Below are positions 37,832 through 48,470 of a stretch of 64,000 bases of DNA, piece after piece. A program made the translations under genes and the position numbers. The notes under the pieces are model-generated. The model searched no databases. It was not told the origin of the DNA and saw nothing but the letters and a program-made list of their open reading frames with translations. Where the stretch lies: the sequence record DRR378314_419; one strand, 5' to 3'. Within the stretch, counting starts at the first letter, position 1. The number at the start of each line of letters is the position of its first letter.

Positions 37832-39616
37832 ATGTCGGCGACGTTAAACCAACCTTTAACGGCACAGTCAGAGCTCAATGGGCATAACCCCAAGGATGCC
37901 CTGAAGGCAAATGCAAACGGTCAGGATAGACAGTTATCTTATGTCAAAGGTGATCAAGCCGTAGGGTTAAACCACTGGACAATACCCGATATGCTGGCTG
38001 AGGCTGTGAGCGTTCATGGGGAACGAGATGCCATTGCAATACCGGCTGAAGAAATAAGATTGAGCTATCAGGAGTTCGCCCGAAAAGTCGACCGCGTGGC
38101 GGCTGGATTGCTGGCCTTGGGACTTTCCAAAGGGGATCGTCTTGGACTTTGGTCGCCCAATAATCTGGAATGGGTTTTAATCCAGTTTGCAACAGCACGG
38201 GTGGGGGTGGTTCTGGTGACAATTAACCCGGCCTATCGGCTGGCGGAAGTGGAATATGCGTTAAATAAATCTGAATGCAAGGCACTTGTCGCGGCGCGGC
38301 AATTCAAAACTTCACGGTACCTGAAAATGATTGCCGAACTTGCACCCGAGTTGGAGACAGCCCGGCCATTCCAATTGCTGGCGGAGAAACTGCCGCATCT
38401 TCGAAGTGTTATTGGCATTGGCGAAATTCGACAGCCCGGGGTTATCCCTTTTTCAGATCTGGAGGTGAAATCCCTTTCTGATCAAAAATTGCAGCAGCGC
38501 CTGGAGGGTGTGACAGCTACCCTGTCACCGGATGATCCGATCAATATTCAGTTTACATCTGGAACGACGGGCGCCCCCAAGGGGGCAACTCTGACGCATT
38601 ATAATATTGTCAATAATGCCGCATTTGTGGTTGGGAGAATGAATTTTACTGCAAGGGACCGGCTCTGCATTCCGGTTCCTTTATATCATTGTTTTGGAAT
38701 GGTGATGGGATCCCTTGCCTGTGTGACCAAGGGGGCCTGTATGGTTCTGCCGGGGGAGGCTTTTGATGCGGCACAGACGTTAAAAGCCGTAGAGGCAGAA
38801 TCCTGTACTGCGCTTTATGGGGTGCCAACCATGTTTGTTGCATTGCTGGAGCATCCAGAATTAAGCCGGTTTAATCTCGCTAGTCTTAGAACGGGCGTTA
38901 TGGCGGGTGCGCCCTGTCCCATTGAAATCATGAAAAAGGTAATTGCCCAGTTAAATATGGCCGAAGTGACGATCTGCTATGGAATGACCGAAACATCGCC
39001 CGTCTCCTTTCAGAGCCATGTAGATGATCCGCTGGACAAACGGGTCTCCACAGTTGGCCGGATCCATCCGCATGTAGAAGTTAAGATCGTGGATGAGCAG
39101 GAAACCATCGTTCCCATTGGGGAGCAGGGGGAGCTTTGGACCCGCGGCTATTCGGTGATGAAAGGATACTGGGCGGACAAACCAAAAACGGCTGAAGCGA
39201 TCGTCGCCGGGGGGTGGATGCGCACAGGCGATCTCGCCATTTTGGATGTGGAAGGATATTGCCGGATTGTCGGGCGTTTGAAAGATATGATTATCCGGGG
39301 CGGCGAGAATATCTATCCACGCGAAATTGAAGAATTTTTATATCGCCATCCAAAAATCCACACCGTTCAGGTGTTTGGTCTTCCGGATCCCAAATTTGGC
39401 GAAGAGGTTTGTGTTTGGGTGCTTCCCCATGTAAATGCAGCTCTTTCAGAGCAGGAGATCCGTGACTTTTGCAAGGATCAGATCGCTCATTACAAGATCC
39501 CGAAATATATCCGTATTGTTGATGATATGCCCATGACAGTCACCGGAAAGCCCCAAAAGTTTGTCATGCGTGATCAGATGATGGAGCTGATGGAATTGGA
39601 CCCGGAATACCGTTAG
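37832..39616 (+). CDS. AMP-forming acyl-CoA synthetase (ACSF2-like)
   Basis: QFTSGTTGAPKG, PLYHCFGMV, YGMTETSP, RTGDLA, GRLKDMIIRGGENIYP; RBS GAGG before 37832. Confidence 0.92.
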   Translation: MSATLNQPLTAQSELNGHNPKDALKANANGQDRQLSYVKGDQAVGLNHWTIPDMLAEAVSVHGERDAIAIPAEEIRLSYQEFARKVDRVAAGLLALGLSKGDRLGLWSPNNLEWVLIQFATARVGVVLVTINPAYRLAEVEYALNKSECKALVAARQFKTSRYLKMIAELAPELETARPFQLLAEKLPHLRSVIGIGEIRQPGVIPFSDLEVKSLSDQKLQQRLEGVTATLSPDDPINIQFTSGTTGAPKGATLTHYNIVNNAAFVVGRMNFTARDRLCIPVPLYHCFGMVMGSLACVTKGACMVLPGEAFDAAQTLKAVEAESCTALYGVPTMFVALLEHPELSRFNLASLRTGVMAGAPCPIEIMKKVIAQLNMAEVTICYGMTETSPVSFQSHVDDPLDKRVSTVGRIHPHVEVKIVDEQETIVPIGEQGELWTRGYSVMKGYWADKPKTAEAIVAGGWMRTGDLAILDVEGYCRIVGRLKDMIIRGGENIYPREIEEFLYRHPKIHTVQVFGLPDPKFGEEVCVWVLPHVNAALSEQEIRDFCKDQIAHYKIPKYIRIVDDMPMTVTGKPQKFVMRDQMMELMELDPEYR

Positions 39617-39626
39617 GGTGACTAAC

Positions 39627-40319
39627 TCAGGTTCTTTCCGCTAAAGTCTTAAGGGCTTCGATGTCTGTAATCGCAATTTGTTTGCGGCGACTGCTGAGGA
39701 TACCACTTTGCGCCCAGGAACTTAAAATCCGAGACGCTGTAAATAATGTTGTTCCGGATATTTCCGAGATATCCTGCCGTGTCAGTGGAATGGTAATCAG
39801 AAGTTCATTCTTGTAACTCTGGCTGGCTTGTTCGGCAAGGCGCAGAAGGCTCTTGGCGATACGGCCTTCAACATGTTTGGTGGTCATTTCAACCATTCTT
39901 TCATGAACGCCTAAAAGGTGGCTGCCGATGGTTTTAGTCGCCTGTTTCAAGAAAGATGGATGGGCACGAATAGTCTCATCCCACATCTCCATAGGCCAGG
40001 ACAGAGCTACACTATTGACGGCCGCGATCGCATTGGCTGGATAAACCGTTTGACCTATAGCCTGCGCCACTCCAAATAAGCTAACTGCTGAAATATACCG
40101 CACAATAATTTGCTGCCCCTCATCGGTAATGCGGGTGACACGGATATGTCCATCCAATAGCAGGAAAAAGGAATGGGCCGCTTCCCCTTCTTGAAAGAAA
40201 AAATCGCTTTTATTCAATAATTTGCGGTTTCCTTTGCACAGGAACGCCTTAAGTTCTTTGGATGTAAAGTCCTGAAAAATCGGTAGATCTGTAAAAAGTA
40301 AGCTATCCAACATAATCAA
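39627..40319 (-). CDS. nnrR: Crp/Fnr-family NO-responsive regulator NnrR
   Basis: cNMP-like domain with YPANAIA, HTH TRQDISEISGTTLFTASRILSSW; divergent from nnrS. Confidence 0.82.
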   Translation of the reverse strand: MIMLDSLLFTDLPIFQDFTSKELKAFLCKGNRKLLNKSDFFFQEGEAAHSFFLLLDGHIRVTRITDEGQQIIVRYISAVSLFGVAQAIGQTVYPANAIAAVNSVALSWPMEMWDETIRAHPSFLKQATKTIGSHLLGVHERMVEMTTKHVEGRIAKSLLRLAEQASQSYKNELLITIPLTRQDISEISGTTLFTASRILSSWAQSGILSSRRKQIAITDIEALKTLAERT

Positions 40320-40333
40320 CGAGTCTTTGTTAG

Positions 40334-40347
40334 TTGCGCTAGAGCAA
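40334..40347. promoter_or_regulatory. NnrR/Fnr-type binding site
   Basis: TTGCG-CTAG-AGCAA (TTG-N8-CAA) between nnrR and nnrS. Confidence 0.75.
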
Positions 40348-40419
40348 CGTTTCAGGTTGGCAATGATGATAGTTGATTAAACCAGTCAGTTATAGTGTGA
40401 ATGAAGTTATGGGTTAACA

Positions 40420-41610
40420 ATGGCAATTGCGCGCTTAAAACCTTACGAGGGACCGGCACTTTTTAGTTACGGATTTCGTCCGTTTTTTCTGTTCGGTTCA
40501 CTCTATGCTTTTTTAACCATCACCTTTTGGATCCCGCAGTTTCAAGGTGCGCTTGAACTTTCAACTCATATGCTGGCCGTTGATTGGCATATCCATGAAC
40601 TCATTTTCGGATTTTCAGCTGCGGTGATAGCTGGTTTTTTGTTTACGGCCGTTCCCAATTGGACAGGCCGGCTTCCTCTCCAAGGGTGGCCTTTGATTGG
40701 TCTTGTGATCGTGTGGGTTTTGGGGCGCGTCGCAGTCAGTTTTTCCAGCATTATTGGCTGGTTTCCAGCACTGGTGGTAGATCTGTCATTTTTGCTAACC
40801 CTGAGTGCTGTGATCAGCCGTGAAATTATTGTCGGCCGGAATTGGCGAAACCTCAAAATACTTGTGCCGCTGGGCTGTTTGACAATGTCCAATCTGTTTT
40901 TTCATCTGGAAATAGAATTTGTCGGGAGCACGGATATCAGTCGGCGGTTTGCCTTGATGACGGTGATTGTGTTGATCTTGATCGTGGGCGGACGGATCAT
41001 TCCCAGTTTTACCCGAAATTGGCTTGTCCGGGAAAATCCAGGCCAGCTTCCAAAGCCTTTTGGACTTTATGAGAAACTCACTCTAGTCAGTGCCGTTATA
41101 ACGGCAGTTTGCTGGATTTTGCTGCCGGAGCATAGGGGCACCGGAGTTTTAATGCTCTTGTGTGCGGGTTTGTTGTTTTGGCAGTTATATCGGTGGCAGG
41201 GGATCCGGGGAACTCGCGAAATTCTATTGCTGGTCCTTCACGTCAGTTATTTTTTCGTACCTCTTGGGTTTTTGTTGGTGGGTATTGCGATTTTACGTCC
41301 CGAGGATTTCAGTCAAATGGCCGGAATTCACGCCTTGGGTAGCGGTGCCATTGGCGGAATGACCCTGTCCGTTATGTTGCGGGCGACCAAAGGTCATACG
41401 GGAAGAATTTTGCAGGCAAACGCAGCGGATAAAATTCTTTTTATACTTATATTTTTAGCCGTTTTTCTGCGGATATTGTCTGCAATTACGTTTGACGTCA
41501 GCACTGCATTATTGATTGTTTCAGGTGCCATGTGGGGGCTTGCCTATCTTGGATACGCTGTCATTTATGCTGCTGCCTTTTTAAATCCCGGGCTTTCAAA
41601 AGGCAGCTGA
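40420..41610 (+). CDS. nnrS: NnrS heme-copper membrane protein
   Basis: YGFRPFFL, WHIHELIFGF, GFLFTAVPNWTG, GGRIIPSFTRNW, RATKGHTGR. Confidence 0.93.
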   Translation: MAIARLKPYEGPALFSYGFRPFFLFGSLYAFLTITFWIPQFQGALELSTHMLAVDWHIHELIFGFSAAVIAGFLFTAVPNWTGRLPLQGWPLIGLVIVWVLGRVAVSFSSIIGWFPALVVDLSFLLTLSAVISREIIVGRNWRNLKILVPLGCLTMSNLFFHLEIEFVGSTDISRRFALMTVIVLILIVGGRIIPSFTRNWLVRENPGQLPKPFGLYEKLTLVSAVITAVCWILLPEHRGTGVLMLLCAGLLFWQLYRWQGIRGTREILLLVLHVSYFFVPLGFLLVGIAILRPEDFSQMAGIHALGSGAIGGMTLSVMLRATKGHTGRILQANAADKILFILIFLAVFLRILSAITFDVSTALLIVSGAMWGLAYLGYAVIYAAAFLNPGLSKGS

Positions 41611-41776
41611 TTGTGTTTGTATGTTTTAAAAATAATATAGGGGTTTGCCTTCGCGAACAAAGGCGATAGGTAAGAGTAATAGGGATAAGTTGAGAAGGGT
41701 TTTGGGTGTATTTGGGCCGATCTGTCATTGATGTTTCGGTCCATATTTAAAAGAAATCTGAGTGAGAGGGAAAATC

Positions 41777-41944
41777 ATGTCAGAAGAAAAAGTCAGTGAT
41801 ATGCAAACTGACCGAAAGCATGAAATGTTACTGTTTCTGTTTTTAACAGCCATTCTTATTCCAGGGTTGACTGTCCTCCTTGTCGGAGGGTACGGCTTCA
41901 GCATCTGGATGTATCAGATCTTGACAGGGCCACCCACAGGGTAA
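41777..41944 (+). CDS. napE: Periplasmic nitrate reductase protein NapE
   Basis: E...FLFL...P.L.V..VGGYGF.IWMYQILTGPP. Confidence 0.9.
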   Translation: MSEEKVSDMQTDRKHEMLLFLFLTAILIPGLTVLLVGGYGFSIWMYQILTGPPTG

Positions 41945-41948
41945 GAAC

Positions 41949-42518
41949 ATGGCAAATCTGTCCGGAAAAAAACTTTCCCGGCGAGAGCTGTTATTTCGCA
42001 CACGGACTACCGATTCTGCGGAATTGGAAGGGTGTTCTAGCCATTTGCCATGGGCCAATGAAGACGATATCGCGCGCAACTGCACTGGTTGTGGTGCATG
42101 TCAAACGGCATGTCCGGAAAACATTATTATTCTTTCTCAAAATAACAAAGCTAGCGTCGATTTTTCCAAGGGTGAATGTGTATTTTGCGAAGCCTGCGCA
42201 GAAAGCTGTCCCGAACCGGTGTTCTGGGATGCCAGTCAGCGGGCGAAGGCCGCGCCGTGGTCAGGTTTCGCCGTCGTTGAAGACACTTGTCTGGCAAAAC
42301 AGGGAGTGACTTGCCAGATTTGCAAGGATCAATGCCCGGAATTTGCCATTTCATTTCCACCGGTTATTGGCGGGGCAGGCGCACCTGTTGTCGAGACCAC
42401 AGATTGTACAGCCTGCGGTGCATGTCTTGCTCCATGCCCGGTTGAGGCCATTAGAATTGACTGGAACCCACAAAATGAAACAGCGCGGTTCCTGTCTGAA
42501 AAAGAGGGGGTTGGATGA
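41949..42518 (+). CDS. napF: Ferredoxin-type protein NapF
   Basis: SRRELL, LPW and four Cys clusters (CTGCGACQTACPE etc.). Confidence 0.92.
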   Translation: MANLSGKKLSRRELLFRTRTTDSAELEGCSSHLPWANEDDIARNCTGCGACQTACPENIIILSQNNKASVDFSKGECVFCEACAESCPEPVFWDASQRAKAAPWSGFAVVEDTCLAKQGVTCQICKDQCPEFAISFPPVIGGAGAPVVETTDCTACGACLAPCPVEAIRIDWNPQNETARFLSEKEGVG

Positions 42519-42754
42519 ACGAGCCACTTTTTATTGCGAGCTACATCGCGCATGTCCGACAAGACCAATTTACGGCCGTGAAAGACAGCATTGAACTGAC
42601 CGAGTTTGCAGAAGTTCCAGCAGCGGATGAGGCCGGAAAGATTGTGGTGGTCATCGATGCGCCAACAGAAGGCAAGTTATTGGATACAGCAGAAGGCATC
42701 AGGCAGTTGACGGGCGTGCTGTCTTTTTTGCCGGTTTACCAGCACGCAGAATAG
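42515..42754 (+). CDS. napD: NapA chaperone NapD
   Basis: IAS.I, GKIVVVI, GVLS..PVYQ; located between napF and napA. Confidence 0.88.
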   Translation: MNEPLFIASYIAHVRQDQFTAVKDSIELTEFAEVPAADEAGKIVVVIDAPTEGKLLDTAEGIRQLTGVLSFLPVYQHAE

Positions 42755-42791
42755 AGATCTGAGCGGGATTAAAGGATAAGGGAATAAGGGA

Positions 42792-45293
42792 ATGAAGGTT
42801 ACAAGACGGGATTATATTAAAGCCAATGCAGCCACAATCGCAGCAGGGGTTGCCGGCATTAAAACAGCGGATGCGGCAAATCTGGTCACCCACCGGGATG
42901 TGACAGAGCTGAAATGGTCGAAAGCGGCCTGCCGCTTTTGCGGGACAGGCTGCAGCGTGATGGTGGCAACCAAAAACAACAAGGTTGTCGCAACTCACGG
43001 TGATATTCATGCAGAAGTGAATAGGGGCCTGAATTGTGTGAAGGGATATTTCCTGTCCAAAATAATGTATGGCAAGGATCGCCTGACAACCCCGTTGCTA
43101 CGAATGAAGAACGGCAAATATGCAAAGGATGGGGAGTTTGAGCCCGTCAGTTGGGACATGGCGCTCGACACTATGGCCGATAAATTTCGGGGTGCCATTC
43201 AAAAGAACGGTCCGACAACAGTCGGCATGTTCGGCTCAGGCCAATGGACAGTCTGGGAGGGGTATGCCGCTTCTAAATTGATGAAAGCCGGCTTTGGCAG
43301 CAACAATATCGATCCGAATGCACGCCATTGCATGGCGTCCGCAGTGGCCGGGTTTATGCGCACATTTGGGATTGATGAACCCATGGGGTGCTATGATGAT
43401 ATCGAAGCGACAGATGCCTTCGTCCTTTGGGGATCCAACATGGCGGAGATGCATCCTATTCTCTGGACCCGCTTAACAGATCGGCGGCTTTCTGCCCCGG
43501 ATACCAAAGTGGCTGTTCTTTCAACCTATGAGCATAGATGTTTTGATCTGGCTGATCTTCCAATGGTCTTCAAGCCGCAAACTGACCTTGCGATCCTAAA
43601 TTTCATTGCCAATTACATCATTCAGAATGATAAGGTTAATCACGATTTCGTCTCAAAACACGTGAATTTCCGGCTGGGCAATGATGATATTGGCTACGGG
43701 CTTCGGCCAGAACATCCGTTGGAGAAAAAGGCAAAAAATGCGGGCAAAGCTGGCGGATCTACAACGATAGGCTTTGACGAATTTAAAGCATTTGTTGCGG
43801 ACTACACGGTTGAAAAAGTCTCAGAGCTCTGTGGTGTGTCTGAGGAGGCCTTGATTGAACTTGCTGAACTCTATGCAGATCCGAACCGCAAAGTGGTGTC
43901 CTTCTGGACAATGGGGTTCAATCAGCATACCCGGGGTGTGTGGTGTAACAACCTGATTTATAATATTCATTTGCTGACCGGAAAAATTGCGACACCCGGT
44001 AATTCACCATTCTCTCTGACAGGGCAACCCTCAGCTTGTGGAACAGCCAGAGAAGTCGGTACTTTCTCTCATCGCTTGCCAGCAGATCTGGTGGTGATGA
44101 ACCCTGAACATCGGGCAACTGCGGAACGGATTTGGAAAATCCCGGCGGGCATTATTCCGCCAAAACCAGGCTATCATGCCGTGTTGCAGAACCGCATGCT
44201 GAAAGATGGAAAAATCAATGCCTATTGGGTGATGTGTAACAACAATATGCAGGCGGCCCCCAACTTGAATGAAGAAGGGTTTCCGGGATATCGAAACCCT
44301 GAAGCTTTTGTTGTGGTCTCCGACCCGTATCCTACGGTAACTGCGCAAGCGGCAGATTTGATCCTGCCAACGGCAATGTGGGTTGAAAAAGAAGGCGCCT
44401 ACGGGAATGCCGAACGCCGCACTCAATTCTGGCATCAGCTTGTTGATGCACCCGAAGGGGCAAAGTCGGATCTTTGGCAAATCGTGGAGCTGTCCAAACG
44501 CTTCAAGGTCGAAGAGATCTGGCCAAAAGAAATTGTCGATGCCAATCCGGAATATAAAGGTAAATCCCTGTATGACATACTTTATGCCAATGGATCCGTA
44601 GATCGCTTTCCCCTGGAAGAGGCTGACAAAGAATACAGTAATGATGAAGCCAATCATTTTGGGTTTTATATCCAGAAGGGATTGTTCGAAGAATATGCGG
44701 CTTTCGGTCGTGGGCACGGCCATGATCTGGCACCCTTTGAAGCCTATCACGAAGCACGGGGGCTGCGGTGGCCAGTGGTCGATGGCAAGGAAACACGGTG
44801 GCGGTTCCGGGAAGGTTCTGACCCATATGTGACCGCAGGACGCGGGTTTGAATTCTATGGCCACCCTGATGGCAAAGCGCGAATTTTTGCCTTGCCTTAT
44901 GAGCCGGCTGCTGAAGCACCTGACGATGAGTTTAATTTATGGCTCTGTACTGGCCGCGTACTGGAACACTGGCATTCAGGCTCAATGACCCAGCGGGTGC
45001 CAGAGCTTTATAAAGCGTTTCCAGATGCCGTTGTCTTTATGCATCCAGAAGATGCTAAAAAACGGGGCTTGCGACGGGGACAGGAAGTGAAGGTAACCTC
45101 CCGGCGGGGAACAATGGTTACCCGTGTCGAAACCCGGGGACGAAACCGGGTCCCGGAGGGGTTGGTCTTTGTCCCCTGGTTTGATGCAAGTCAGTTGATC
45201 AATAAGGTCACTTTGGATGCAACGGATCCGATCTCCAAGCAAACGGATTATAAAAAATGTGCTGTCAAAATTGAAGCAACGGGGAGGGCGTGA
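42792..45293 (+). CDS. napA: Periplasmic nitrate reductase catalytic subunit
   Basis: Tat [15 protein letters not shown]...NC 4Fe-4S motif, [30 protein letters not shown]. Confidence 0.97.
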   Translation: MKVTRRDYIKANAATIAAGVAGIKTADAANLVTHRDVTELKWSKAACRFCGTGCSVMVATKNNKVVATHGDIHAEVNRGLNCVKGYFLSKIMYGKDRLTTPLLRMKNGKYAKDGEFEPVSWDMALDTMADKFRGAIQKNGPTTVGMFGSGQWTVWEGYAASKLMKAGFGSNNIDPNARHCMASAVAGFMRTFGIDEPMGCYDDIEATDAFVLWGSNMAEMHPILWTRLTDRRLSAPDTKVAVLSTYEHRCFDLADLPMVFKPQTDLAILNFIANYIIQNDKVNHDFVSKHVNFRLGNDDIGYGLRPEHPLEKKAKNAGKAGGSTTIGFDEFKAFVADYTVEKVSELCGVSEEALIELAELYADPNRKVVSFWTMGFNQHTRGVWCNNLIYNIHLLTGKIATPGNSPFSLTGQPSACGTAREVGTFSHRLPADLVVMNPEHRATAERIWKIPAGIIPPKPGYHAVLQNRMLKDGKINAYWVMCNNNMQAAPNLNEEGFPGYRNPEAFVVVSDPYPTVTAQAADLILPTAMWVEKEGAYGNAERRTQFWHQLVDAPEGAKSDLWQIVELSKRFKVEEIWPKEIVDANPEYKGKSLYDILYANGSVDRFPLEEADKEYSNDEANHFGFYIQKGLFEEYAAFGRGHGHDLAPFEAYHEARGLRWPVVDGKETRWRFREGSDPYVTAGRGFEFYGHPDGKARIFALPYEPAAEAPDDEFNLWLCTGRVLEHWHSGSMTQRVPELYKAFPDAVVFMHPEDAKKRGLRRGQEVKVTSRRGTMVTRVETRGRNRVPEGLVFVPWFDASQLINKVTLDATDPISKQTDYKKCAVKIEATGRA

Positions 45294-45760
45294 TCATGAA
45301 AATCAAATCTCTCATTAGCTTAATCCTGGCCGGCTGTGTTTTGGTTGGGGGAATTGCTTTGGCCGATGGCGTCGCAAATTTGCGAAACGGAAAAGACATC
45401 AATACCGAACCTGAAGCCCCTGTTTTCGGTAAGGTCGAGGATCGGGACCTGAAACGAGTTCGCAATTATCCTGAACAACCGCCAACAATTCCCCACGATA
45501 TCCGCGATTATGAGGTTACAAAAAACGCCAATAAGTGCCTGTCTTGTCATAGCCGGACACGAACGGGGGAAAGTCAGGCGCCCATGGTTAGCGTTACGCA
45601 TTTCATGGACCGGGATTTTCAGGTGTTGGCAACCATTTCTCCCAGACGTTATTTTTGCAATCAATGTCATGTGCCGCAGGTAGATGCCAAGCCATTGATT
45701 GAAAATACATTTGTTGATGTGGAAGAATTGTTGAAGCAGGAGGCTGCGGGCGATGATTAA
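45290..45760 (+). CDS. napB: Diheme cytochrome c NapB
   Basis: [27 protein letters not shown]. Confidence 0.95.
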   Translation: MIMKIKSLISLILAGCVLVGGIALADGVANLRNGKDINTEPEAPVFGKVEDRDLKRVRNYPEQPPTIPHDIRDYEVTKNANKCLSCHSRTRTGESQAPMVSVTHFMDRDFQVLATISPRRYFCNQCHVPQVDAKPLIENTFVDVEELLKQEAAGDD

Positions 45761-46364
45761 TCCAATCACAAAGGGATGGTCATTGCTCGTCTCTATTTGG
45801 CAACGGGCAACCCGACCGGCAAAATATTTGTCCATAGGTTTCTTGACACTTGGTGGGTTTGTCGCCGGCGTCCTGTTCTGGGGCGGTTTTAATACCGCCC
45901 TGGAACTCACAAATACCGAAACATTCTGTATTAGCTGTCATGAAATGCGGGATAATGTATTTGCGGAACTTCAAGGCACAATTCACTATTCGAACCGCTC
46001 TGGTGTTCGGGCAACCTGTCCAGATTGTCATGTGCCTCACGACTGGACTGACAAAATTGCGCGTAAAATGCAGGCTTCCAAGGAGGTCTACGGTACGATA
46101 TTTGGCACGATCAATACCCGGGAAAAATTCCTCGATCAACGCCGCCGCTTAGCGGGGCATGAATGGGATCGGCTTTCTGCCAATGACTCCTTGGAATGTC
46201 GAAATTGCCATAGTGCAGAAAGCATGGATATCACTGCCCAAGGATCACGCGCAGCAACGGCGCATCAGAAGTTTCTGTTCACTGGGGAGAAGACCTGTAT
46301 CGATTGTCATAAAGGGATCGCTCATGAGCTTCCCGATATGACTGGTGTTCAGGGTTGGGAATAA
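45753..46364 (+). CDS. napC: Tetraheme quinol dehydrogenase NapC
   Basis: N-terminal TM, FWGGFNT and four CxxCH motifs. Confidence 0.95.
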   Translation: MINPITKGWSLLVSIWQRATRPAKYLSIGFLTLGGFVAGVLFWGGFNTALELTNTETFCISCHEMRDNVFAELQGTIHYSNRSGVRATCPDCHVPHDWTDKIARKMQASKEVYGTIFGTINTREKFLDQRRRLAGHEWDRLSANDSLECRNCHSAESMDITAQGSRAATAHQKFLFTGEKTCIDCHKGIAHELPDMTGVQGWE

Positions 46365-46393
46365 GGTGGCAAGGTCGGTACATCCAGAAACAA

Positions 46394-46912
46394 TCAGGCG
46401 ATTTGTTTCTGGACCCCGACTGAGCGAAGTGCCAGATGAAAAAGGCTCGTCATCAGGGTTAGAAATGCAACACCGCAGAATACCGGTCCCAACAGGAAAG
46501 AGATATCAACGTTCCCAAGGATCATGACCAGTGGAACTGCTCCTGCTGGCGGGTGCTCGCAGGAAAACAGGGACATTAGAGTTACTGTAATAGCGATGGC
46601 AATCGCAGAGACAAGCGGGCCTTGCTCAGGTAGTGAAATTGCGATCAATCCGATAAGGGCGGCAATGCTATGCCCGCCAAGCTGATTTTTAACCCTTGCC
46701 AATGGAGATTCTGGCGCACTGAATAACAAAACGGCACTGGCACCTAGTGGCGCCATTAAGAGTGCGGTATCAGTATAAAGGCCAATGATCGACAAGCCGC
46801 CGATAGTCAACAATGCCCCCAAGCCACAGAACAGGCTATAGCGGATCTTATGTGTTAATCGAAAAGGCGGTGAATTTGGTCGAGAGGTAACTTTGGAGTT
46901 CTTGAATTCCAT
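46394..46912 (-). CDS. HPP family membrane protein
   Basis: PLGASAVLLFSAPESPLA and HPPAGA motifs; no CBS domains. Confidence 0.9.
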   Translation of the reverse strand: MEFKNSKVTSRPNSPPFRLTHKIRYSLFCGLGALLTIGGLSIIGLYTDTALLMAPLGASAVLLFSAPESPLARVKNQLGGHSIAALIGLIAISLPEQGPLVSAIAIAITVTLMSLFSCEHPPAGAVPLVMILGNVDISFLLGPVFCGVAFLTLMTSLFHLALRSVGVQKQIA

Positions 46913-47026
46913 ATTCTATTTTTGTCTGTTAATAAGCAATATGAGGGATCATAGTTTATATTCACAGTGAAAATCAATATATTATTTTATTTACATATTT
47001 TTTGTGTTGTTTGAATTGATTTGTCT

Positions 47027-48388
47027 CTAAAATTCAATCATTTCCTGATATCTGGGGACCGTGACATTCCAACCGAGTTCGGCTTCTATCCGCTCTCTCA
47101 GAGCTTGCGCTGCTGTGGGCTCGCCATGCGTGATGTAAGTGGCTTGAGGTGGCTGCCTAAAGGCTCTTAGCCACTCTAGGATTTCCCTGTAATCACTATG
47201 CGCGGACAGATTATCAAGCTCAAGAATTTCAGCGTTCACAGCATAGTCGCTCCCGTGAATTTTGATCCGCTTTTCACCTTGAATTAGGCGTTGGCCGCGT
47301 GTCCCTGCGGCTTGAAAACCAGTAAAGAGGATTGTGTTTCGCGGGTTTTCAATGAAATGCTTCAGGTGATGTAAAATCCGGCCGCCAGTTGCCATGCCGC
47401 TGGCAGAGACGATGACTGAAGGCATGTTGTTGTTTTTACTATAGATGTCTTTAGATTGCTCCACCGTTTTTGTATAAATGACATTCTCGCACATCCTGTT
47501 GCAGGTCTGGCGGGATAACCGGTGTTCTGCGAAATGTCGATGCAAAAGCTCCGTGGCGCTAATGGCCATCGGACTATCCAAAAAGACAGGTAAATGGGGA
47601 ATTCGGCCTGCGTCCTTCAGTTGATGGATCAGAAATAACAAGCTTTGGGCTCGCCCAACAGCGAAGGCTGGAATGATAATGGAGCCACCCCGTTTTATGG
47701 TTCTCAAAATCACATTTTCGAGTTGGTCCAGCGGATCTGTTGTGGGATGAACGCGGTCCCCATATGTAGCCTCAAGAAGAAGAATGTCCGTTTCTTGAAG
47801 TTGGGCTGGAGCGCGCATAACTGGATCTTCGGGACGCCCAAGATCACCAGAAAAGGTCACGGCTTTTTGGCTGTTCCGAACTGTGACACTAGCGGCCCCG
47901 AGAATATGTCCTGCATGTGTCAGCTGAAATGTTAATTCCCCGCCGATGGAGTGACGATCCCCAAATGACACAGGGCGTAGATGCGTCAGTGCAATTTCAG
48001 CATCAATTTTGGTATATAAAGGGCGTGCGGGTTTGTGTTTGCTATATCCATAGCGGTTCGCGCGATCTGCATCTTCTTCCTGAAGATGAGCGCTGTCGGG
48101 CAAAAGGATATGACATAGATCAGCGGTTGCTTCAGAGCAATAAACAGGTCCCCTAAAGCCGTTTTTAATGAGCAAAGGAAGGTAGCCGCTGTGGTCAATA
48201 TGCGCGTGTGTCAGAATAACGGCATCCAGCATTGCCGGGTCGAAGGGAAGCCTTTCCCAATTGCGAAGCCGAAGCTCTTTCAAACCTTGAAACAGACCAC
48301 AATCAACGAGAATTGTTGCGTCCTGTGTTTCCAGTAGGTATTTGGACCCTGTAACAGTCCCGGTAGCGCCGAGGAACGTGAGTTTCAT
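47027..48388 (-). CDS. Metallo-beta-lactamase/beta-CASP ribonuclease
   Basis: THAHIDHSG, AGHILGAA, FSGDLG, EATYGDR, SAHSD, THGEP. Confidence 0.92.
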   Translation of the reverse strand: MKLTFLGATGTVTGSKYLLETQDATILVDCGLFQGLKELRLRNWERLPFDPAMLDAVILTHAHIDHSGYLPLLIKNGFRGPVYCSEATADLCHILLPDSAHLQEEDADRANRYGYSKHKPARPLYTKIDAEIALTHLRPVSFGDRHSIGGELTFQLTHAGHILGAASVTVRNSQKAVTFSGDLGRPEDPVMRAPAQLQETDILLLEATYGDRVHPTTDPLDQLENVILRTIKRGGSIIIPAFAVGRAQSLLFLIHQLKDAGRIPHLPVFLDSPMAISATELLHRHFAEHRLSRQTCNRMCENVIYTKTVEQSKDIYSKNNNMPSVIVSASGMATGGRILHHLKHFIENPRNTILFTGFQAAGTRGQRLIQGEKRIKIHGSDYAVNAEILELDNLSAHSDYREILEWLRAFRQPPQATYITHGEPTAAQALRERIEAELGWNVTVPRYQEMIEF

Positions 48389-48470
48389 AATGAACCTGCT
48401 GAAAGCCTGCTGTGTGCTTATTTCACCGTAAATCTCTTATGTGTATATCGCAAGAGAACGGATTAGGGAT

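Noticed and set aside
41610-41776. Fnr/NnrR box upstream of napE
   Set aside because: No TTG-N8-CAA with correct spacing was found; only an N10 variant at about 41645-41660.
44031-44864. 277-aa antisense ORF in napA (and similar shadow ORFs such as 56590-57270 and 45320-45910)
   Set aside because: Fully antisense to well-conserved genes, with no motifs; a typical codon-bias shadow.
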